From Candidatus Methanoperedens sp. (GTDB taxonomy: Archaea > Halobacteriota > Methanosarcinia > Methanosarcinales > Methanoperedenaceae): DNA of 32,000 nt. The position numbers and the translations under genes are program-made. The notes under the pieces are model-generated. The model did not search any database. It was not told where the DNA came from and saw only the letters and a program-made list of their open reading frames with translations. The DNA lies in contig JBGQBI010000002.1 of assembly GCA_041494705.1 (NCBI GenBank), positions 300,001-332,000 on the forward strand, read 5' to 3'. Each line of letters opens with the position of its first letter. Within the stretch, counting starts at the first letter, position 1. Of the stretch, positions 28,590 through 32,000 are shown one piece after another.

Positions 28590-29462
28590 ATGATTGATAT
28601 CGCTCTCCCAAAAGGCAGTCTTGAGGAACAGACTCTTCTTTTGTTCAAACAGGCAGACCTTGAGATAAGGAAGACTGACCGCGAGTATAACCCGACCGTG
28701 AAAGACCCGAGGATACGGAAAGTTAAAATCCTCAGACCCCAGGAAATCCCAAAATACGTTGAGGAGGGGTACTTTGATTTGGGCATATCAGGGAAGGACT
28801 GGGTAATGGAGTCCGATGCCGATGTTGTTGAAGTCGCAGATATGTTTTACAGCAAAATGGGAGAGGGAATAGTGAAAATCGTGGTTGCCGTCCCGAATGA
28901 GCGGGATGTCAAAACAGCAAAGGATATCAAACCCGGAAGCAGGGTCTCGACAGAGTATCCTAAACTCACGAGGAGATTTTTTGATAACCTTGGAATCCAG
29001 GTGGATATCCGCTATTCGTATGGCGCAACTGAAGCAAAGGTTCCCGAACTTGTGGATGTGATTGTTGATTTGACCGAGACAGGTTCAACGCTGCGCAAGA
29101 ATGGTTTAAAAATCGTGGATATTATTCTTGAATCAAATACGAAGCTCATTGCGAATAAGAAATCATGGAAAGACCCGGTGAAGCGCAGGGAAATCGAGGA
29201 GATAAAAATCCTCCTACAGGCAGTACTTGAAGCGCGCGGCAAGGTTTTCATCGTGATGAACGTCCCCGAATCCAGGCTTGACGCCGTCGTAGGCGGGCTT
29301 CCCGCCATGAAAAAACCCACGGTATCAAAACTCTATAAATCTGATTATTATGCGGTGGAGACCGTGGTGAGCAAGAGCGAAATCAATATACTTATACCGA
29401 AACTCAAGAGTCTCGGTGCTGAGGATATTCTTGAGATGGATATTGCAAAGATTGTGCATTAA
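28590..29462 (+). CDS. hisG: ATP phosphoribosyltransferase, long form
   Basis: 290-aa ORF. IALPKGSLEE, RPQEIPKYVEEGYFDLGISGKDW, DLTETGSTLRKNGL, plus a C-terminal regulatory domain. AAGGGGGT Shine-Dalgarno sequence upstream. Confidence 0.9.
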   Translation: MIDIALPKGSLEEQTLLLFKQADLEIRKTDREYNPTVKDPRIRKVKILRPQEIPKYVEEGYFDLGISGKDWVMESDADVVEVADMFYSKMGEGIVKIVVAVPNERDVKTAKDIKPGSRVSTEYPKLTRRFFDNLGIQVDIRYSYGATEAKVPELVDVIVDLTETGSTLRKNGLKIVDIILESNTKLIANKKSWKDPVKRREIEEIKILLQAVLEARGKVFIVMNVPESRLDAVVGGLPAMKKPTVSKLYKSDYYAVETVVSKSEINILIPKLKSLGAEDILEMDIAKIVH

Positions 29463-29472
29463 GAACCGTAGT

Positions 29473-29670
29473 ATGGCTAATAAAAACGGTCAAAGCCCAG
29501 TGTTTACTGGATATGCTGGGTCTGAAACCGGAGAACAAATTAGAATGACAGTAGTGAATAAGAAATTGGTTGTAAAGGAATCTTCTGAACCTGTTGATGA
29601 ACTTTCTGGAATAATTAAAATCAAAAAGACAGAAGCAGAGAAACTTATAGAATCTGAAGAGTGGTATTGA
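29473..29670 (+). CDS. Possible small protein (65 aa; alternative start 29545 gives 41 aa), AbrB/VapB-antitoxin-like; may be a relic
   Basis: An AT-rich ORF fills the hisG / RFAP-synthase spacer. GQSPV...ETGEQIRMTVVNKKLVVKE loosely resembles an AbrB swapped-hairpin, and PVDELSGIIK...EKLIESEEW resembles archaeal VapB C-termini. Resemblance judged by eye only. Confidence 0.3.
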   Translation: MANKNGQSPVFTGYAGSETGEQIRMTVVNKKLVVKESSEPVDELSGIIKIKKTEAEKLIESEEWY

Positions 29671-29714
29671 TTGTCTCTAACCCAAGTTCCGAAAGGGACA
29701 AATGCACCTTGATT

Positions 29715-30656
29715 ATGTTAAAAATAACCACCCCATCCCGCCTTCACCTAACCCTTATCGACATGAACGCAAGCATCGGGCGCGTGGATGGGGGAATCGG
29801 TCTCACGCTTGATAAACCTGTTATCAGCATCAAAGTTGAAAAATCGGACACGTTCGAAATAACAGGGAACAGCGAGCATCTTGAACGAATGAGAAACAGC
29901 GCCGCTTTGCTTCTTCCTGCGGGCGAAGGAATTCACATCAGAATCGAAAAGGATTATCCTTCGCATGTCGGTCTTGGCTCAGGGACGCAGGCTGCTCTTG
30001 CGGCAGGCATGGCTGTGAACAATATATACAACCTCGGCTTGAGCGTGTATGACCTGGCAATAAAAGTGGGGAGAGGTGGAACAAGCGGCATCGGCGTGGC
30101 TGCATTTGAAAAAGGCGGCTTCATACTCGATGGAGGGCATAAATTCAGCGAGAAAAAAGCGTTTCTTCCATCAGCGGCAAGCAAGCTTCCTCCTGCGCCT
30201 GTTTTATTGAGAAAAGATTTCCCGAATTGGGATATCGTGGTTGCAATTCCAGAGCAGAAAGGGGCGTCAAGCAAAAAAGAGGTAAATATATTCAAGGAAA
30301 AATGCCCTGTGCCGCTGCGGGAAGTGGAGAGGCTCTCACACCTTATCCTGATGCAGATGCTTCCTGCGCTAATAGAAGAAGATATCGTGACTTTCGGGAA
30401 GAGCATCAACTCTGTCCAGGAGATTGGATTTAAGAAAAGGGAAGTTGAACTCCAGCCTGTTTCTTTAAAATTGATGGAGGCTTTGAGGGAAGGAGGAGCT
30501 TACGGCGCAGGTATGAGCTCTTTCGGTCCAACAGTTTACGCATTCGGCGAGGATGCGGGGAACCTTGGGAAAATAGCAACGGAATTTCTCGTGGAGAAGG
30601 GGTGGGTATTTACTACAAAGGCAAGGAACGAAGGCGCAAGAATAGAAAATTATTGA
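29715..30656 (+). CDS. mptG: Beta-ribofuranosylaminobenzene 5'-phosphate (RFAP) synthase, GHMP-kinase fold (methanopterin biosynthesis)
   Basis: The ORF is open from GTG 29661. The ATG at 29715 gives MLKITTPSRLHLTLIDMNASIGRVDGGIGLTL, the typical RFAP-synthase N-terminus. GHMP motif GLGSGTQAALA; GMSSFGPT. Confidence 0.8.
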   Translation: MLKITTPSRLHLTLIDMNASIGRVDGGIGLTLDKPVISIKVEKSDTFEITGNSEHLERMRNSAALLLPAGEGIHIRIEKDYPSHVGLGSGTQAALAAGMAVNNIYNLGLSVYDLAIKVGRGGTSGIGVAAFEKGGFILDGGHKFSEKKAFLPSAASKLPPAPVLLRKDFPNWDIVVAIPEQKGASSKKEVNIFKEKCPVPLREVERLSHLILMQMLPALIEEDIVTFGKSINSVQEIGFKKREVELQPVSLKLMEALREGGAYGAGMSSFGPTVYAFGEDAGNLGKIATEFLVEKGWVFTTKARNEGARIENY

Positions 30657-30725
30657 CTCAACATTTATCTATATTAGCAAATATGAATGATGAGAAATCT
30701 TTGGTTTTTGAAGGAGCCTGAACTA

Positions 30726-31973
30726 ATGGTCGAATCAGAGGCACATAAAAAGTACGAATTCAAAAGGACTCTTGAGGTTCTGCGCAGCAAGCGCGGCAGA
30801 GGTACGGAACTTATCTCGCTGTATATCCCTCACGACAAGCAGATACATGAAGTAGCCGCACAGCTAAGGGAAGAATTCGGCCAGGCGTCCAACATTAAAT
30901 CAAGAGTGACAAGACAGAACGTGACGGGCGCAATCGAGTCGCTGCTTTCAAGGCTCAAGCTGATACCAAAAGCGCCGGAGAACGGCGTTGTGATTTTCTG
31001 CGGGGCAGTGGATATAGGCGCAAACAAAACCGATATGGAGACATACATAATCGAACCGCCTGACCCACTGGTGTCCTACAAGTACCACTGCGATTCATCA
31101 TTCCTGCTTACGCCGCTTGAAGATATGCTGCATGAGAAAAAGACCTACGGTCTCCTTGTTCTTGACAGGCGTGAGGCGACTGTTGGTGTGCTGCGCGGCA
31201 AGCACATCGAAGTAATGGCGCACCTCACTTCTAATGTCCCGGGAAAGCAGCGAAAAGGCGGCCAGAGTTCGCACAGGTTCCAGCAGCTTCGTCTCATTGC
31301 GATCAATGAATTCTATACCCGCATAGCTGACGCCGCAAGCGAAGTCTTCCTTGGGATTGACCAGAAGGATTTCGAAGGTGTTTTCATAGGCGGGCCATCA
31401 CCCACCAAAGAAGAATTCGAAAGCGGCGAATTCCTTCATCATGAGATACAGAAAAAAATCCTGGGTCTTTTTGATGTTGCTTATACTGATGAATCGGGTC
31501 TGAACGAGCTTTTTGATAAACTTGGCGAAGCCCTGCAGAATGTCGAGGTGGTGCAGGAGAAGAAAATCGCGGAGCGTTTCTTAAAAGAACTGGTAAACGA
31601 TACCGGTCTTGCCTCATACGGGGAAGAACAGGTCAGGAAGAACCTGCAGATGGGGTCTGTCGATACGCTTTTGCTTTCAGATCAACTCCGCAAAGTGCGC
31701 CTCACCATAAAATGCGGCAACTGTGATTTTGAGGAGAAGAAAACCATCACTAAAAAACTCGGGGATGAGGAATACCAGCCCGGTAATTGCAAGAAATGCG
31801 GGTCAAGTCTTAAAGTCGCAGAGTCCGTGGATATCGTGGAGGAGCTTTCAGCCATAGCAGACCAGATGGGAACGAACACTTCTTTCATTTCGAGTGATTT
31901 TGAGGAAGGGAACCAGCTTCTCACGGCTTTTGGCGGGATAGCGGCGATACTCCGGTTCAAGACAGGTGTATAA
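30726..31973 (+). CDS. prf1: Peptide chain release factor aRF1
   Basis: The ORF is open from 30687. The ATG at 30726 gives MVESEAHKKYEFKRTLEVL. NIKS motif (QASNIKSR), GGQ motif (RKGGQSS), and a C-terminal-domain CxxC...CxxC insert. Confidence 0.9.
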   Translation: MVESEAHKKYEFKRTLEVLRSKRGRGTELISLYIPHDKQIHEVAAQLREEFGQASNIKSRVTRQNVTGAIESLLSRLKLIPKAPENGVVIFCGAVDIGANKTDMETYIIEPPDPLVSYKYHCDSSFLLTPLEDMLHEKKTYGLLVLDRREATVGVLRGKHIEVMAHLTSNVPGKQRKGGQSSHRFQQLRLIAINEFYTRIADAASEVFLGIDQKDFEGVFIGGPSPTKEEFESGEFLHHEIQKKILGLFDVAYTDESGLNELFDKLGEALQNVEVVQEKKIAERFLKELVNDTGLASYGEEQVRKNLQMGSVDTLLLSDQLRKVRLTIKCGNCDFEEKKTITKKLGDEEYQPGNCKKCGSSLKVAESVDIVEELSAIADQMGTNTSFISSDFEEGNQLLTAFGGIAAILRFKTGV

Positions 31974-32000
31974 GATTATTTCTTTTGGACTGAGTATTTA

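Noticed and set aside
31690-31830. CxxC...CxxC (CGNCDFEE...CKKCGS) insert in the C-terminal domain of aRF1, considered as a possible novel zinc-ribbon fusion.
   Set aside because: As I recall, comparable Cys-pair mini-domain inserts are common in archaeal aRF1 sequences. Nothing here suggests it is lineage-specific.

Overview
This window reads as a chromosomal segment of a methanogen/ANME-type euryarchaeon, probably Methanosarcinales-like. The lineage markers are a type-2 (methanogen-type) SerRS, split FO synthase cofG/cofH, RFAP synthase for methanopterin, aRF1, CDC48 and archaeal PheRS-alpha. Coding density is about 90%, with 31 supportable protein genes and two tRNAs, Leu-UAA and Val-UAC. 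Housekeeping content: a sir-cysH-sat sulfate-assimilation operon (sat runs off the left edge and is missing from the ORF track), an OCD-family alanine dehydrogenase, a radical-SAM gene, a LeuDH-like dehydrogenase followed by ADP-forming acyl-CoA synthetase alpha/beta, serS, cofG/cofH, pheS, a tungsten AOR, deoxyhypusine synthase, aroD, an FrhB-family protein, cdc48-hsp20, hisG, RFAP synthase and aRF1. I see no CRISPR array, transposase, integrase or rRNA. Several small AT-rich accessory insertions sit between the core genes: (1) a RhuM / cupin / ferredoxin / methyltransferase islet at 3.6-6.3 kb; (2) an EEP-family nuclease next to tRNA-Leu; (3) a solo HEPN-like gene (R-x4-H motif) in an 889-bp cassette bounded by inverted repeats between pheS and aor; (4) an orphan antitoxin-like small ORF between hisG and the RFAP synthase gene. 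There is also an uncharacterised three-gene operon on the minus strand (21.2-23.7 kb): an unknown 268-aa protein, a YfcE-type phosphoesterase, and a protein with seven 32-aa repeats plus a zinc ribbon. Two long imperfect palindromes lie in intergenic regions. The best candidates for something undescribed are the IR-bounded HEPN cassette and the three-gene operon. All functional calls rest on motif and family recognition by eye; no searches were run.
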